Below are positions 17,153 through 27,421 of a stretch of 64,000 nucleotides of DNA, piece by piece. A program made the translations under genes and the position numbers. The stretch lies in the NCBI GenBank assembly GCA_049318005.1, contig JBMOHE010000003.1, positions 5,183-69,182 on the forward strand, in the 5' to 3' direction. The stretch comes from Patescibacteria group bacterium (GTDB lineage Bacteria > Patescibacteriota > Patescibacteriia > Patescibacteriales > UBA12465). The notes beneath the pieces are model-generated. The model ran no database searches and was not told the origin of the DNA. It saw only the letters and a program-made list of their open reading frames with translations. The first letter of the stretch is position 1. Each line of letters starts with the position of its first letter.

Positions 17153-18124
17153 ATGAAAAGATTATTTTTTCTTGCTTTGATCGTAGCTTTTTTTGTGCCA
17201 AGTAAAATTCTTGCCCAAGCTACAGTAACAAATGAAACAAATGCAGTGCTTGTACTAAAAAGCACTACGGGCTCAGGCGAATTAGTTGTTCAGCCAAATT
17301 CAAAAAACCGTGGATCATTTATCTCCTCTTCCGGGGCGTTTAATTTCGATCTTTATGCTTGCGAAGGGGCGAAAGAAATGTATGTCGCTACTTTCAAAAA
17401 AAATGTAAGCGCGGGGAGGTTTTCAATCACTAACAAAGATTTAACTGGAGACATTACTCCCGCTCCCGAATTTGGAAAAGAAAAAATTGTGACGCCACCA
17501 ATTCAGGAAACGGGTCAGTTATTTGTTTCCGAAAGACAGGTTGTTTATACTACCAAATTGGTGTTAAAAAACTCATCAAGTTATCGAGTTACAGCTTTGG
17601 ATGGAGTTCTTAACGGATTAGCCTTAGCTCCAAATCAAGCTTCGGTTGATTCATTTTCTCTTCCGACAGGTCAATTCGAAGTAACATTCAAACACGACGT
17701 TAACGCTGAAACGGAGCTTGGTTTAGGTGGCTCAACTAACAAGGCCAGAGACAAGGTTTCCTTAGGAAAAAGTTATAGGCAGTCGGTCTTTTCAACCATC
17801 ATTGTTCAAGGGCAAAAAGAACTTGTTATCAAAGATGATTACTTAAATTTTACTGAGTGTTTCTTTGTCACTACTTTTGCGAAGTCGAATATTCCGTTTA
17901 AAATTGTATTTACTGCCGGCCTCTGGAAAGGGCAGGCATTAAATCAGGGTGAATATACTCGTCGCGCAAAATTATCAGAGGGGTTTAACTCTTTGGCAAT
18001 TCAATATGTCGGAAGCGATGGTCTGAAGTATCAGGCCGATATAGAAGTGATTGTCACCGCTCGTGACAAACCACTAATATTGAGAGAAATCGATATTAAA
18101 AACAAAAAAATGATTAAACAATAA
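17153..18124 (+). CDS. Secreted hypothetical protein (start moved to the ATG at 17153)
   Basis: MKRLFFLALIVAFFVPSKILAQA is a classical signal peptide. The upstream TTG extension overlaps the promoter-like element. Confidence 0.6.
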   Translation: MKRLFFLALIVAFFVPSKILAQATVTNETNAVLVLKSTTGSGELVVQPNSKNRGSFISSSGAFNFDLYACEGAKEMYVATFKKNVSAGRFSITNKDLTGDITPAPEFGKEKIVTPPIQETGQLFVSERQVVYTTKLVLKNSSSYRVTALDGVLNGLALAPNQASVDSFSLPTGQFEVTFKHDVNAETELGLGGSTNKARDKVSLGKSYRQSVFSTIIVQGQKELVIKDDYLNFTECFFVTTFAKSNIPFKIVFTAGLWKGQALNQGEYTRRAKLSEGFNSLAIQYVGSDGLKYQADIEVIVTARDKPLILREIDIKNKKMIKQ

Positions 18125-18143
18125 ACAAAAATATTGCTTAATC

Positions 18144-18171
18144 GGGCTCCCCTTAAAAGGAGCCTTTTTTA
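18144..18171 (+). terminator. Rho-independent terminator
   Basis: ggctcc/ggagcc stem followed by T6. Confidence 0.55.
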
Positions 18172-18262
18172 TTATTATTTATTATTGTTTGGTTGACCGT
18201 GACTAGTCATTTTGTTATACTAAAAATAAGGTTAAATGACCTATTTTTATTGTAAAAGATAT

Positions 18263-18907
18263 ATGATTATAACTTGGCAAGGGCATTCATGCTTTAAAAT
18301 TCAGGATAAAGTTGGCCCCGATGGAGTTACTCTGGTAACCGATCCATTCAACAAAGAAACTGGCTTAAAAGTTCCTAACTTTGAAGCCGATATTATAACT
18401 GTTTCCCATGATCATAAAGATCATAATAATATTGACGCTTTGCGCGGCAATCCTTTTGTTGTTTCTTGCGCTGGTGAATATGATTTTAAGAATGTTTTAA
18501 TTGAAGGGATTGATTCTTATCATGACGAAGTTAAAGGCAAGGAAAGGGGTTCTAATATAATGTATCGAATTGAAATTGACGATATTTCGGTTGCTCACTT
18601 AGGTGATTTAGGTGAAGTATTGGATAATGCCCAACTTGAAAAACTAGTAGGGACTGATGTGTTACTTATTCCAGTTGGAGGGAAATATACGCTCGATGCT
18701 AAGAAGGCAGTTGAAGTTATTTCTCAAATTGAACCGAGAATAGTTATTCCTATGCATTATAAAACCGATGGTTTAAAATATGAGCTTGATTCAATTGATA
18801 AGTTTATCAAAGAAATTGGCTTAACCCCGGTTTACGAAGAAAAATTAAAAATTTCCAAAAAAGATCTTCCTCAGGAAGATATGGAACTTGTAATATTAAG
18901 TATTTAA
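18263..18907 (+). CDS. MBL-fold metal-dependent hydrolase (UPF0173-like)
   Basis: MIITWQGHSCFKI is the typical N-terminus of this family. SHDHKDH metal motif. The start is moved from 18236 to the internal ATG. Confidence 0.75.
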   Translation: MIITWQGHSCFKIQDKVGPDGVTLVTDPFNKETGLKVPNFEADIITVSHDHKDHNNIDALRGNPFVVSCAGEYDFKNVLIEGIDSYHDEVKGKERGSNIMYRIEIDDISVAHLGDLGEVLDNAQLEKLVGTDVLLIPVGGKYTLDAKKAVEVISQIEPRIVIPMHYKTDGLKYELDSIDKFIKEIGLTPVYEEKLKISKKDLPQEDMELVILSI

Positions 18908-18911
18908 ATTT

Positions 18912-19514
18912 ATGATCCACCCAAAAAAAGAAAGAACTTTAGTTATCCTTAAACCAGACGCCGTGCAACGTGGTTTAATTGGTGAAATTATTAAAAGAAT
19001 TGAGACGACCGGCTTAAAACTAGTTGCTTTAAAGATAGTTAACGCTACCGAAGATCAGCTTTGGAAACATTATAATAAAGATGACGAGTGGTATTTAAAA
19101 AAAGGAACCAATACTATTAATGATAGAAAAAATTTAGGTATGCCGGTTGAAAAAGAGGCTCTTGAATATGGTAAAGATATTATTCGCGCTCTTGTTAAGT
19201 TTATGAGTTGCGGACCAGTTGTTACTATGGTTTGGGAGGGGAATCAAGCAGTTGGAATCGTTAAAAAAATTGTTGGTTCGACTGAACCATTATCTTCGGC
19301 TAGCGGAACACTTCGCGGGGATTATACCCTAGATTCTTATGAGCTAGCGAGTCTTGATGATAGAGCGGTTAGAAACTTGATTCATTGTTCTGATCCAGTT
19401 AGTGACGCTGAAAGAGAAATTCCAATTTGGTTTAGTGATAACGAGGTATTAAATTATAAATTAGTAGCTGAACAAATTTTATATGATATAAATTTGGATG
19501 GCATTAAAGAATAA
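18912..19514 (+). CDS. ndk: Nucleoside diphosphate kinase (long form, 200 aa)
   Basis: ERTLVILKPDAVQRGLIGEII, SGPVVTMVWEG, and the active-site His in NLIHCSD. Confidence 0.85.
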   Translation: MIHPKKERTLVILKPDAVQRGLIGEIIKRIETTGLKLVALKIVNATEDQLWKHYNKDDEWYLKKGTNTINDRKNLGMPVEKEALEYGKDIIRALVKFMSCGPVVTMVWEGNQAVGIVKKIVGSTEPLSSASGTLRGDYTLDSYELASLDDRAVRNLIHCSDPVSDAEREIPIWFSDNEVLNYKLVAEQILYDINLDGIKE

Positions 19515-19534
19515 ATTAAAAATAATTTATAAGT

Positions 19535-20029
19535 ATGGAATCTGAAGTGGCTAAGAGAAACTTTTTAATTAAAGTCGGAGTTGGGGCAATTATGTCTTTA
19601 ATTCTTGTTTTTTGGTTTTTAAATATTAAAAATGTTTTTGTTGGAAATTCTGACCTAGAAAACAAAAAAAGTTCCGAAGAAGTCCTAAACTTAAAAGATG
19701 ATTTTAATGAAGTGGCTGATAAAATGACAAAAAGTTTAGAACAGATTGGCGCTACTAACGAAAAATTAAATTTGGCTAGCAGTTCCTTGGTTAATGAATT
19801 AATCATTGAAACAAATAAAATTGCTTCGTCTACTAATTCTGATACAATTTCTACTAGTACGACTGTGATTTCTACTAGTTCACTACCGATTATCTCTGAA
19901 ATTAAAACACCATCAAATAATGTAAAAAATAATTGCCCAGTGTACATAAATTGTATGCCTTCGGTTGGCGCTGCTCGTCCTTGTACGATTCCGCCTGGCT
20001 GTGAGGGGGTAACGCTAATCGCTTATTAA
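19535..20029 (+). CDS. Hypothetical membrane-anchored protein with a Cys-containing C-terminus
   Basis: N-terminal TM helix (VGVGAIMSLILVFWFL). It is co-directional with its neighbours and is preferred over the antisense ORF 19516-19947. Confidence 0.5.
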   Translation: MESEVAKRNFLIKVGVGAIMSLILVFWFLNIKNVFVGNSDLENKKSSEEVLNLKDDFNEVADKMTKSLEQIGATNEKLNLASSSLVNELIIETNKIASSTNSDTISTSTTVISTSSLPIISEIKTPSNNVKNNCPVYINCMPSVGAARPCTIPPGCEGVTLIAY

Positions 20030-20038
20030 TTTTTGTTT

Positions 20039-22594
20039 ATGCCTAAATTAGATAAAGAAAAAATAGATAAAGAAAAAATAGATAAAGAAAAAAAAGAAAA
20101 TATTCAAGATGACGAAGCAAAAGTTATTCCGAATTCTCGTCGTCAAACTGAATATGGAATAATTGAAGACCAGCCGCTTGTTGATGAAATGAGTAAGTCT
20201 TATTTGGAATATGCGATGAGCGTTATTGTTTCGCGCGCCTTGCCTGACGTTCGTGACGGCATGAAGCCAGTTCATAGACGTATTTTATATGCGATGTGGA
20301 GTATTGGTTTAAGAGCTAATGTAAAATTTAGAAAATCAGCGACTGTCGTCGGTGAAGTTTTGGGTAAATACCATCCCCATGGAGATACTGCTGTTTACGA
20401 TTCAATGGTTCGTATGGCTCAAGATTTTTCGATGCGTTATCCGCTTGTTCGTGGCCAAGGTAACTTTGGCTCAATGGACGGCGATAATGCAGCGGCCATG
20501 CGTTATACCGAAGCTAAACTTTCTGCGATTTCCGAAGAAATGCTTTTTGATATTGATAAGGATACAGTTGATTTTATTCCTAACTATGATGGCAGTCATA
20601 AAGAGCCAAGAGTTTTACCAGCTAAATTACCAAATTTATTATTAAATGGAACTATGGGTATTGCCGTCGGCATGGCGACCAATATTCCGCCTCATAATTT
20701 AAGAGAATTAGCTGGCGCAATCGATCATTTAATTGAAAATCCAGAAGCTAGTATTGAAGATTTAATGAAGTTTGTTAAAGGTCCTGATTTTCCAACTGGC
20801 GGTATTATTTATGATAAGAAGGAAATTTTAGCCGCTTACGCAACTGGAAAAGGCGGAGTTGTTTTGCGTGGTAAAGCGGATATTGAAGAAATGAAAGGTG
20901 GTAGTTTTCAAATTATAGTTTCAGAAATACCTTATCAAGTTAATAAGGCTGATCTGGTCGAAAAAATTGCTGACCTAGTTAAAGATAAAAAAATTGAAGG
21001 CATTAAGGCTTTGCGCGACGAATCTGATAAGGATGGTGTCCGTATTGTTATGGAGCTTAAAAAAGATTCATATCCAAAAAAGATTTTAAATAGTTTATAT
21101 AAACACACTTCACTGCAAACAACCTTCCATTTAAACATGTTGGCGTTAGTTGATGGTATTCAGCCAAAAGTTTTGACGTTAAAAATGATTCTTGAAGAAT
21201 ATATTAAGCATCGTCAAGAAATTGTTCGTCGTCGAACTCTATTTGATTTAAATAAGGCTAAAGATAGAGCCCATATCCTTGAAGGTTTAATGATCGCCTT
21301 AAAGAATATTGATGAAGTAATTAAAACAATTAAAGCTTCTAAAGATAAAGAGATTGCTAAACAAAATTTAATTAAGAAATTTAAATTATCTGAGCGCCAA
21401 GCAGTTGCTATTTTAGAAATGCGCCTTCAGAATTTAGCCAACCTTGAACAGCTAAGAGTTGAAACTGAGTTGAAAGAAAAAATGGCGCTTATTAAAGAGC
21501 TAGAAGCTATTCTTAAGTCAGTTGCCAGAATGAAGACGATTGTTAAAGACGAGTTGACTGCTTTAGTTGATAAATATGGTGATGATAGAAAAACTACCGT
21601 CGTTGCTCATGGTGTTGGTGAATTTAGCATGGAAGATTTAGTTCCTAATGAAGAAACGGTTGTTATGATGACTCGCGATGGCTACATTAAGAGACTTGAG
21701 CCAGATACTTTTAAAGTCCAGGCTAGAGGCGGGAAGGGTGTTATGGGATTAACCACTAAAGAAGAAGATACGGTTGAATTCATGTTTACTTCCCAGACCC
21801 ATAACGATATTTTATTCTTTACTACTAAGGGTAGAGCTTTCCAATTAAAAGTTTATGAAATTCCACAAGCTTCAAGAATAGCGAAGGGAACACCGGTTGT
21901 TAATTTTCTTCAGTTAATTGGCGGAGAGCAAATCTCTTCAATTCTACCACTTGATAAGGCGGTCTTTAGTAAATATCTTTTCTTTGCAACTGAGAAGGGC
22001 TTAGTTAAAAAAGTTGAGTTAGCAGCTTTTTCTAATGTTCGTCGCTCTGGATTGATTGCAATTAAAATCAAAGATGATGATAAACTTATTTGGGTTAAAC
22101 CAACTTCTGGTAGTGACCATATAGAGCTAGTAACTGCTAATGGTCAGGCAATTAGATTCAAAGAAACCGATGTTCGTGATATGGGTCGTGGTGCGGCTGG
22201 GGTTCACGGTATTCGTCTTCATAAAGATGATAAGGTTATCGGTATTGGAATCGCAAAGACTGATAAAGAAAAGAAAAGAAATTACCAAATCTTAACTATC
22301 ATGGCACATGGTTTTGGTAAAAGAACCGAATTAAGTTCTTATAAGGTTCAGGGGCGTGGTGGTAGCGGTATTAAGACCGCCAAAGTAACTGATAAGACTG
22401 GTAAAATTACTAACGCTTTCCTCGTCAATGCTGATTCGATGGAAGAAAGAGATATAATTATTATTTCTGAAAATGGCCAGGTAATTAGAACCCCGTTTAA
22501 GACAGTTAGCGTTTTAGGTCGCGATACCCAAGGGGTTAGAATTATGAGATTTAAAGAAGATAATGATAGAGTCGCGGGTGTTACTTGGGTTTAG
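20039..22594 (+). CDS. gyrA: DNA gyrase subunit A
   Basis: [26 protein letters not shown], and the active-site region [11 protein letters not shown]-terminal beta-pinwheel repeats. The ATG at 20039 is preferred to the TTG at 20033. Confidence 0.9.
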   Translation: MPKLDKEKIDKEKIDKEKKENIQDDEAKVIPNSRRQTEYGIIEDQPLVDEMSKSYLEYAMSVIVSRALPDVRDGMKPVHRRILYAMWSIGLRANVKFRKSATVVGEVLGKYHPHGDTAVYDSMVRMAQDFSMRYPLVRGQGNFGSMDGDNAAAMRYTEAKLSAISEEMLFDIDKDTVDFIPNYDGSHKEPRVLPAKLPNLLLNGTMGIAVGMATNIPPHNLRELAGAIDHLIENPEASIEDLMKFVKGPDFPTGGIIYDKKEILAAYATGKGGVVLRGKADIEEMKGGSFQIIVSEIPYQVNKADLVEKIADLVKDKKIEGIKALRDESDKDGVRIVMELKKDSYPKKILNSLYKHTSLQTTFHLNMLALVDGIQPKVLTLKMILEEYIKHRQEIVRRRTLFDLNKAKDRAHILEGLMIALKNIDEVIKTIKASKDKEIAKQNLIKKFKLSERQAVAILEMRLQNLANLEQLRVETELKEKMALIKELEAILKSVARMKTIVKDELTALVDKYGDDRKTTVVAHGVGEFSMEDLVPNEETVVMMTRDGYIKRLEPDTFKVQARGGKGVMGLTTKEEDTVEFMFTSQTHNDILFFTTKGRAFQLKVYEIPQASRIAKGTPVVNFLQLIGGEQISSILPLDKAVFSKYLFFATEKGLVKKVELAAFSNVRRSGLIAIKIKDDDKLIWVKPTSGSDHIELVTANGQAIRFKETDVRDMGRGAAGVHGIRLHKDDKVIGIGIAKTDKEKKRNYQILTIMAHGFGKRTELSSYKVQGRGGSGIKTAKVTDKTGKITNAFLVNADSMEERDIIIISENGQVIRTPFKTVSVLGRDTQGVRIMRFKEDNDRVAGVTWV
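20051..20093 (+). repeat. 15-nt tandem repeat (about 2.8 copies) at the gyrA 5' end
   Basis: gataaagaaaaaata appears twice plus a partial copy, encoding [14 protein letters not shown]. Confidence 0.8.
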
Positions 22595-22602
22595 AATTAA
22601 TT

Positions 22603-23079
22603 ATGATGAAAGATTCTATAAAAGAAAATATAAGAGAAAATATTAAGCCAAGAAAATTTCTTAAAGATTTTCGTGAGTTTGCCGTAAAAGGAAATGTGGT
22701 TGATTTGGCAGTCGCGGTTGTTATTGGTGCGGCTTTCGGTAAGATAGTTTCTTCTTTGGTCGCTGATGTTGTTATGCCTCTGGTTAGCGTTTTAATAGGT
22801 GGTGTAAATTTTTCTAATCTTAAATGGACTTTGAAAGAAGTTGTTTTAGGAGATAACGGTATCGTTAAAAATGCGGCCGTGACTATAAACATCGGAGCTT
22901 TTCTTCAAAATATATTTGATTTTGTTATCATTGCGCTTGCTGTGTTCTTGATGGTTAAAATTATTGGTCGTCTTAAAAAACAATTATTAAAAGAAGAGGC
23001 ATGTGGCGAGGTTGCGCCGGCGCCTTTAACTAAGGACCAAGAGTTGTTAGCAGAAATCAGAGATCTATTAAAAAAATAA
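22603..23079 (+). CDS. mscL: Large-conductance mechanosensitive channel
   Basis: [37 protein letters not shown] is the MscL TM1 signature. The start is set to the ATG at 22603. Confidence 0.85.
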   Translation: MMKDSIKENIRENIKPRKFLKDFREFAVKGNVVDLAVAVVIGAAFGKIVSSLVADVVMPLVSVLIGGVNFSNLKWTLKEVVLGDNGIVKNAAVTINIGAFLQNIFDFVIIALAVFLMVKIIGRLKKQLLKEEACGEVAPAPLTKDQELLAEIRDLLKK

Positions 23080-23085
23080 ATTAAA

Positions 23086-24219
23086 ATGAATACAACTGTT
23101 TTAATTCTTGTTTCAGTTTTAATATTAGCTGGCCTCGTGGCGGTAATTTTTTTATTGTTAAGTCGTAAAGAAAATACTGGTGGCGACCTTAAGCTTGATG
23201 CACTAGCTGAACGTTTGATTCAGCAATCAGAAAAATTATCTCAATTATCGTCTCAAAATAGTGAATTGCGTCAGGAATTAGATAAAAAATTATCGGAAAC
23301 TCATAGAACTAATCAAGAACAGTTTGGCCAAACGACCAGAATTGTTCAAAATATTAGCGCACAATCAGCTAAGTTAATCTCTGATGTTACTGAAAAGTTA
23401 ACTAAACTCGATGAGACAAATAAACAGGTCGTTAATTTTTCCGCTCAACTTCAGAACTTGCAGGATATTTTAAAAAATCCAAAACAACGCGGCGTTCTTG
23501 GCGAATATTTTTTAGAAGAAACTTTAAAAAATGTTTTGCCCCCTGGTTCTTACGAGATGCAGTATAAAATGGGCAAGGACGAAAAAACCGGGAAAGACTT
23601 AATTGTTGATGCGGTTGTGTTTGTTAAAGATAAAGTTATTCCGATTGACGCTAAATTCTCCCTAGAAAATTATGAGAGAATTTTAAATGCGACCGACGCG
23701 GAATCAAGAGAAAAATTTGAAGCTGTTTTCAAGCAGGATTTAAAAAATAGAATTGATGAGACTGCAAAATATGTATTACCCGAGAGAAAAACCATGGAAT
23801 TCGCTTTCATGTTTATTCCGTCCGAGGCTATCTACTATGATTTACTAGTTAATAAAGTTGGCGCGGTTAAAGTTAATACTCGTGATTTAATTGAATATGC
23901 TTTTCGTGATAAAAAGGTTATTATTGTTTCGCCAACTTCGTTCCTGGCTTATTTGCAAACAGTTTTACAAGGCTTAAAAGCAATGCAAATTGAGGAAAAG
24001 GCCAAGGAGATACGGGTTAATATTGAAAAATTAGGTAAGCACATGAACAGCTATGATGATTTTATGAAAAAACTCGGCACTAGCATGTCGACAACCGTAA
24101 ATCATTATAATAATGCTTACCTAGAATTTAAAAAAATTGATAAGGATGTGACTAAAATTACCGATAAAGAAAGCAAAATTGAGCCTTTAAAAATAGATAG
24201 ACCGAAAAATGTTTCCTAG
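23086..24219 (+). CDS. rmuC: DNA recombination protein RmuC
   Basis: N-terminal TM anchor, a long coiled coil, and the C-terminal RmuC nuclease-like region (VDAVV...PIDAKF...FMFIPSE). Confidence 0.8.
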   Translation: MNTTVLILVSVLILAGLVAVIFLLLSRKENTGGDLKLDALAERLIQQSEKLSQLSSQNSELRQELDKKLSETHRTNQEQFGQTTRIVQNISAQSAKLISDVTEKLTKLDETNKQVVNFSAQLQNLQDILKNPKQRGVLGEYFLEETLKNVLPPGSYEMQYKMGKDEKTGKDLIVDAVVFVKDKVIPIDAKFSLENYERILNATDAESREKFEAVFKQDLKNRIDETAKYVLPERKTMEFAFMFIPSEAIYYDLLVNKVGAVKVNTRDLIEYAFRDKKVIIVSPTSFLAYLQTVLQGLKAMQIEEKAKEIRVNIEKLGKHMNSYDDFMKKLGTSMSTTVNHYNNAYLEFKKIDKDVTKITDKESKIEPLKIDRPKNVS

Positions 24220-25105
24220 TGAGCTAAAAACTGAAGAGCAAATATCAGAAGCAATCATTGGCGTGATTGTTTTCTTTGATTTATTCGATTACCCGCTCAG
24301 TGCTTATGAGATTTGGAAATATTTAGACAAGAAAACGAGCTTAATTATTATAGTTAAGTCATTAGAAAATTTAAAAATAATTGGTAAAAAAAATGGCCTC
24401 TTTTTTCTGGCCGGAAGAGAGGAAATTATTGATATTCGTCAGAAAAGACATAATTATTCACTGCGAAAAATTAAAATTGCCAATCGTTTTAGTAAACTTT
24501 TCTCCCTTTTGCCATACGTGAAAACAGTTATTTTATCTAATTCTATTGGGCTTTACAATCTTCGAGATGGCAGTGACATAGATTTTTTTATTATTAGTTC
24601 TGCTAATCGGATTTGGCTAACAAGACTTTATTGCGCTGGAGTAGCCGCTTTATTAAATAGTCGACCAAGTTTTAAAAATAAACGCGATAAGATTTGTTTG
24701 AGTTTTTATATAAGTACTGAAAATTTAAATCTAGATAATTTAAAATTAGTTGGTGGAGATCCATATTTTTACTACTGGCTTAGAAGTTTTATTTTGTTGT
24801 ATAATAAAGATAAGACCTATGAAGATTTTTTGTCTGCTAATTGTTTGGAAAGATCACCAGACTCTTACGTTCCAGGGACCCTTGAAATTGATAGGAAAAA
24901 AGAATTTAAAATCAGTAGGTCTTTTGAAAATATTGCTAAGAAAATACAATTTTTAATTATGTCGCCAGCCTTAAAGCGGGCGATTAACAATTCAGTTGGC
25001 GTTGTTATTAATGATAAAGTTTTAAAACTTTATTTAACAGATAATCGCCAAGATTATAGAGAAAAATATGGAAACAAGATTAAACAAGTTCTTGCGCAAG
25101 ACTAA
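24209..25105 (+). CDS. Hypothetical protein, possible nucleotidyltransferase fold
   Basis: GS..DIDFFII resembles the minimal-NTase G[SG]...DxD motif. It overlaps rmuC by 11 nt and the next gene by 38 nt. Confidence 0.45.
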   Translation: MFPSELKTEEQISEAIIGVIVFFDLFDYPLSAYEIWKYLDKKTSLIIIVKSLENLKIIGKKNGLFFLAGREEIIDIRQKRHNYSLRKIKIANRFSKLFSLLPYVKTVILSNSIGLYNLRDGSDIDFFIISSANRIWLTRLYCAGVAALLNSRPSFKNKRDKICLSFYISTENLNLDNLKLVGGDPYFYYWLRSFILLYNKDKTYEDFLSANCLERSPDSYVPGTLEIDRKKEFKISRSFENIAKKIQFLIMSPALKRAINNSVGVVINDKVLKLYLTDNRQDYREKYGNKIKQVLAQD

Positions 25106-26369
25106 TGAATGTCTAATTTATTTATTTGTTTTTATTTTGCCTTGGCAAATTAAATTAATTATTCAGCCGGCTGAAACTAACTATTCAGAAATTAGTCTTT
25201 ACTTTAGTCATGCCTTGCTTCTAGTTATATTAATTATTTTTCTCTGGCTTCGCCTAAAGGCGAGCGATCACGAAGATGACTCAAAGCTAATTATTTATTC
25301 TTTGGCGGCCTTAGAGGTATTCGTCTTTATCTCTATATTTTTTGCTCCCGATAAATTATTAGCTTTTTATCGTTATTTTATTTTTCTAGTTGCACTTAGT
25401 TTATTTTTTATTGTTAGAATAGGTTCAGAACAAAAAAGTTATCAAGAAACTCTATTTGATAAAATTAATTTGGTATATTGTTTACTGGCTAGCGTTTTTC
25501 TTCATGCTTCTTTAGGAATTTACCAATTTTTAACACAAAGTACTTTTGCTTTTAAGTATTTAGGTTTAGCTGACCACAATCCAGAAACTCTAGGTACGGC
25601 AGTTGTTGAAACATTAAACGGTCGTTGGTTGCGAGCTTACGGAGGTCTTGATCACCCAAATATATTAGGGGGAGTTTTGGCTATTTCCTTAATTTTAGCT
25701 GCATATCTATTGGCTAAAAAGAAAATGCTAAACACTTCTAAGGAAATTTGGTCATCCATTTTTCTATTTATTTTTTACTTCATTTCTTTATACGCTTTAT
25801 TTTTCACTTTTTCTCGTAGCGCTTGGTTAGCTTTTGCCGTTGGCCTTGTTATCCTTTTAATTATTTTTATTATAAATAAAGACAAATGGATAGTAGGTCG
25901 TTTCATTGCTTTGTTATTTTTTTCAGCTATATTGATGATTATTGCTATCGCCCCTTTTCAGGAATTACTGATGGTTAGAGTTGAGGCTGAAACAAGATTG
26001 GAACAAAAATCGATAAAAGAACGGAATTCATATTTCGTTCAATCGCGAGATCTGTTACAGAATAATTTTTTATCGGGCGTCGGAATAGGAAACTATAGTT
26101 CGGCGGTCGCTTTGAGCGATAATAATAAAAAACCCGCCTGGGAATATCAGCCGGTTCATAATACTTTTTTGTTACTTTGGGTCGAGGGAGGATTTTTTTC
26201 TTTTATATCTTTCTTAATTTTTCTTTTCTTTTTAATAAAAAATGGTCGTCGAGAAATGTTTGCTTTTGCAATCCTGGTGCCGCTTATTGTTTTAATGTTT
26301 TTAGATCATTGGCTTATTAGTTTGCCTTTTGGTCTATTATTCTTGTTCTTAATTCTTGGGCTTATTTGA
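25068..26369 (+). CDS. O-antigen ligase / Wzy_C-family polytopic membrane protein
   Basis: More than 10 hydrophobic helices. TFSRSAWLAF and a HNTFLLLW-type loop are typical of O-antigen ligase-like proteins. Confidence 0.65.
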   Translation: METRLNKFLRKTNECLIYLFVFILPWQIKLIIQPAETNYSEISLYFSHALLLVILIIFLWLRLKASDHEDDSKLIIYSLAALEVFVFISIFFAPDKLLAFYRYFIFLVALSLFFIVRIGSEQKSYQETLFDKINLVYCLLASVFLHASLGIYQFLTQSTFAFKYLGLADHNPETLGTAVVETLNGRWLRAYGGLDHPNILGGVLAISLILAAYLLAKKKMLNTSKEIWSSIFLFIFYFISLYALFFTFSRSAWLAFAVGLVILLIIFIINKDKWIVGRFIALLFFSAILMIIAIAPFQELLMVRVEAETRLEQKSIKERNSYFVQSRDLLQNNFLSGVGIGNYSSAVALSDNNKKPAWEYQPVHNTFLLLWVEGGFFSFISFLIFLFFLIKNGRREMFAFAILVPLIVLMFLDHWLISLPFGLLFLFLILGLI

Positions 26370-26587
26370 TAATTATTTTGGAGAATTAATAAATCTCGTT
26401 CTAAATTTTTTAATATTTTGTTTAAGATAGCGGCATTAGGGCAGCTATCTTTTGTTATTTGCTGCTTTACCAGACTTAAAACAGCTGCGATTGTTCCAAA
26501 ATAATCATCATTTTCAACATGAAATTTTACACTCGCCTCATCTTTGACTAGCCAGGCAATTGGGGTTATTTTATATTTTTTTGGCAT
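26306..26587 (-). CDS. Hypothetical small protein (93 aa)
   Basis: ORF starting 18 nt downstream of radC on the same strand. No recognisable motif. Its 3' end overlaps the convergent gene. Confidence 0.4.
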   Translation of the reverse strand: MPKKYKITPIAWLVKDEASVKFHVENDDYFGTIAAVLSLVKQQITKDSCPNAAILNKILKNLERDLLILQNNYQISPRIKNKNNRPKGKLISQ

Positions 26588-26605
26588 AGTAATATATTTT
26601 TAATA

Positions 26606-27322
26606 CTAGATAATACTGGCAAATTTATTTTTCCCGATAATTAAATGATCTAGTACTTCAATATCCAATATTCGCCCAGCCTCTATTAATTTATTAGTTA
26701 TCTCAACGTCAGCTTTAGTTGCTTTGACGACGCCAGATGGATGGTTATGAGCGATAATTAAGGCAGCGGCTGAATATTCTAAAGCGGGGCGAAAGACTTC
26801 TCTCGGTTGAACGAGCGAAGCGTCTAGCGTTCCAATTGAAATTACTTCATCGTGAATCAATTGGTAGTGAGTATTTAAGTACAGACCTCTAAACTGTTCT
26901 TTATTAAGAGTGCCCATGTCTTTAAGATATTCATAGGCCTGCTTAGCGGTTCGAATAGTTATTGAGCCTCCAGGCTTTTTCTGATAAAAGCGACGACCAA
27001 GCTCAAAACAAGCAACAATCTGGCAGGCTTTGACCAAGGGTATTTTTAAATCCTTTTCTATTATGGTTGGATCTTTCTGATAGGCGATGCCTTTTTCGCC
27101 ATATTCTCTAATGAGACGGCTGGCCATGGAATAAACCTCTTCTTTCTTTGTGCCCACACCAAGAATAATCGATAATAATTCGACTGAGTTTAAAGCTCCG
27201 GCTCCATTTTGGACCATTTTTTCACGTGGCTTCTCATCATCGGGCATGTCCCTGACGGCCAAGATTTTATATTGCTTGCCGTGATTTAAGACAAAATTAT
27301 GATCGCTTATTTTATAGGGCAT
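26606..27322 (-). CDS. radC: RadC-family JAB/MPN domain protein
   Basis: HNHPSG JAMM motif and an N-terminal helix-hairpin-helix-like region. Confidence 0.85.
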   Translation of the reverse strand: MPYKISDHNFVLNHGKQYKILAVRDMPDDEKPREKMVQNGAGALNSVELLSIILGVGTKKEEVYSMASRLIREYGEKGIAYQKDPTIIEKDLKIPLVKACQIVACFELGRRFYQKKPGGSITIRTAKQAYEYLKDMGTLNKEQFRGLYLNTHYQLIHDEVISIGTLDASLVQPREVFRPALEYSAAALIIAHNHPSGVVKATKADVEITNKLIEAGRILDIEVLDHLIIGKNKFASII

Positions 27323-27421
27323 ATAATTAGTATTAATAAAAAGAGGAAAATAATTCCCACCTTTAAATTATAGCAAAAATGTGATAAATTTAGAACATCT
27401 TTAATAGATTAAAATAAATAT

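Noticed and set aside
19516-19947. Long antisense ORFs in the track, for example 19516-19947(-), 11581-11961(-), 22581-22892(-), 1735-2109(-), 27734-28138(-), 50530-50937(-), 60782-61210(-), 53374-53697(-) and 50145-50459(-).
   Set aside because: Each lies entirely opposite a well-supported gene with recognisable motifs (argS, mscL, patatin, M16 peptidase, secD and others). Their products are low-complexity or hydrophobic shadow translations typical of AT-rich genomes, and they have no independent start context.
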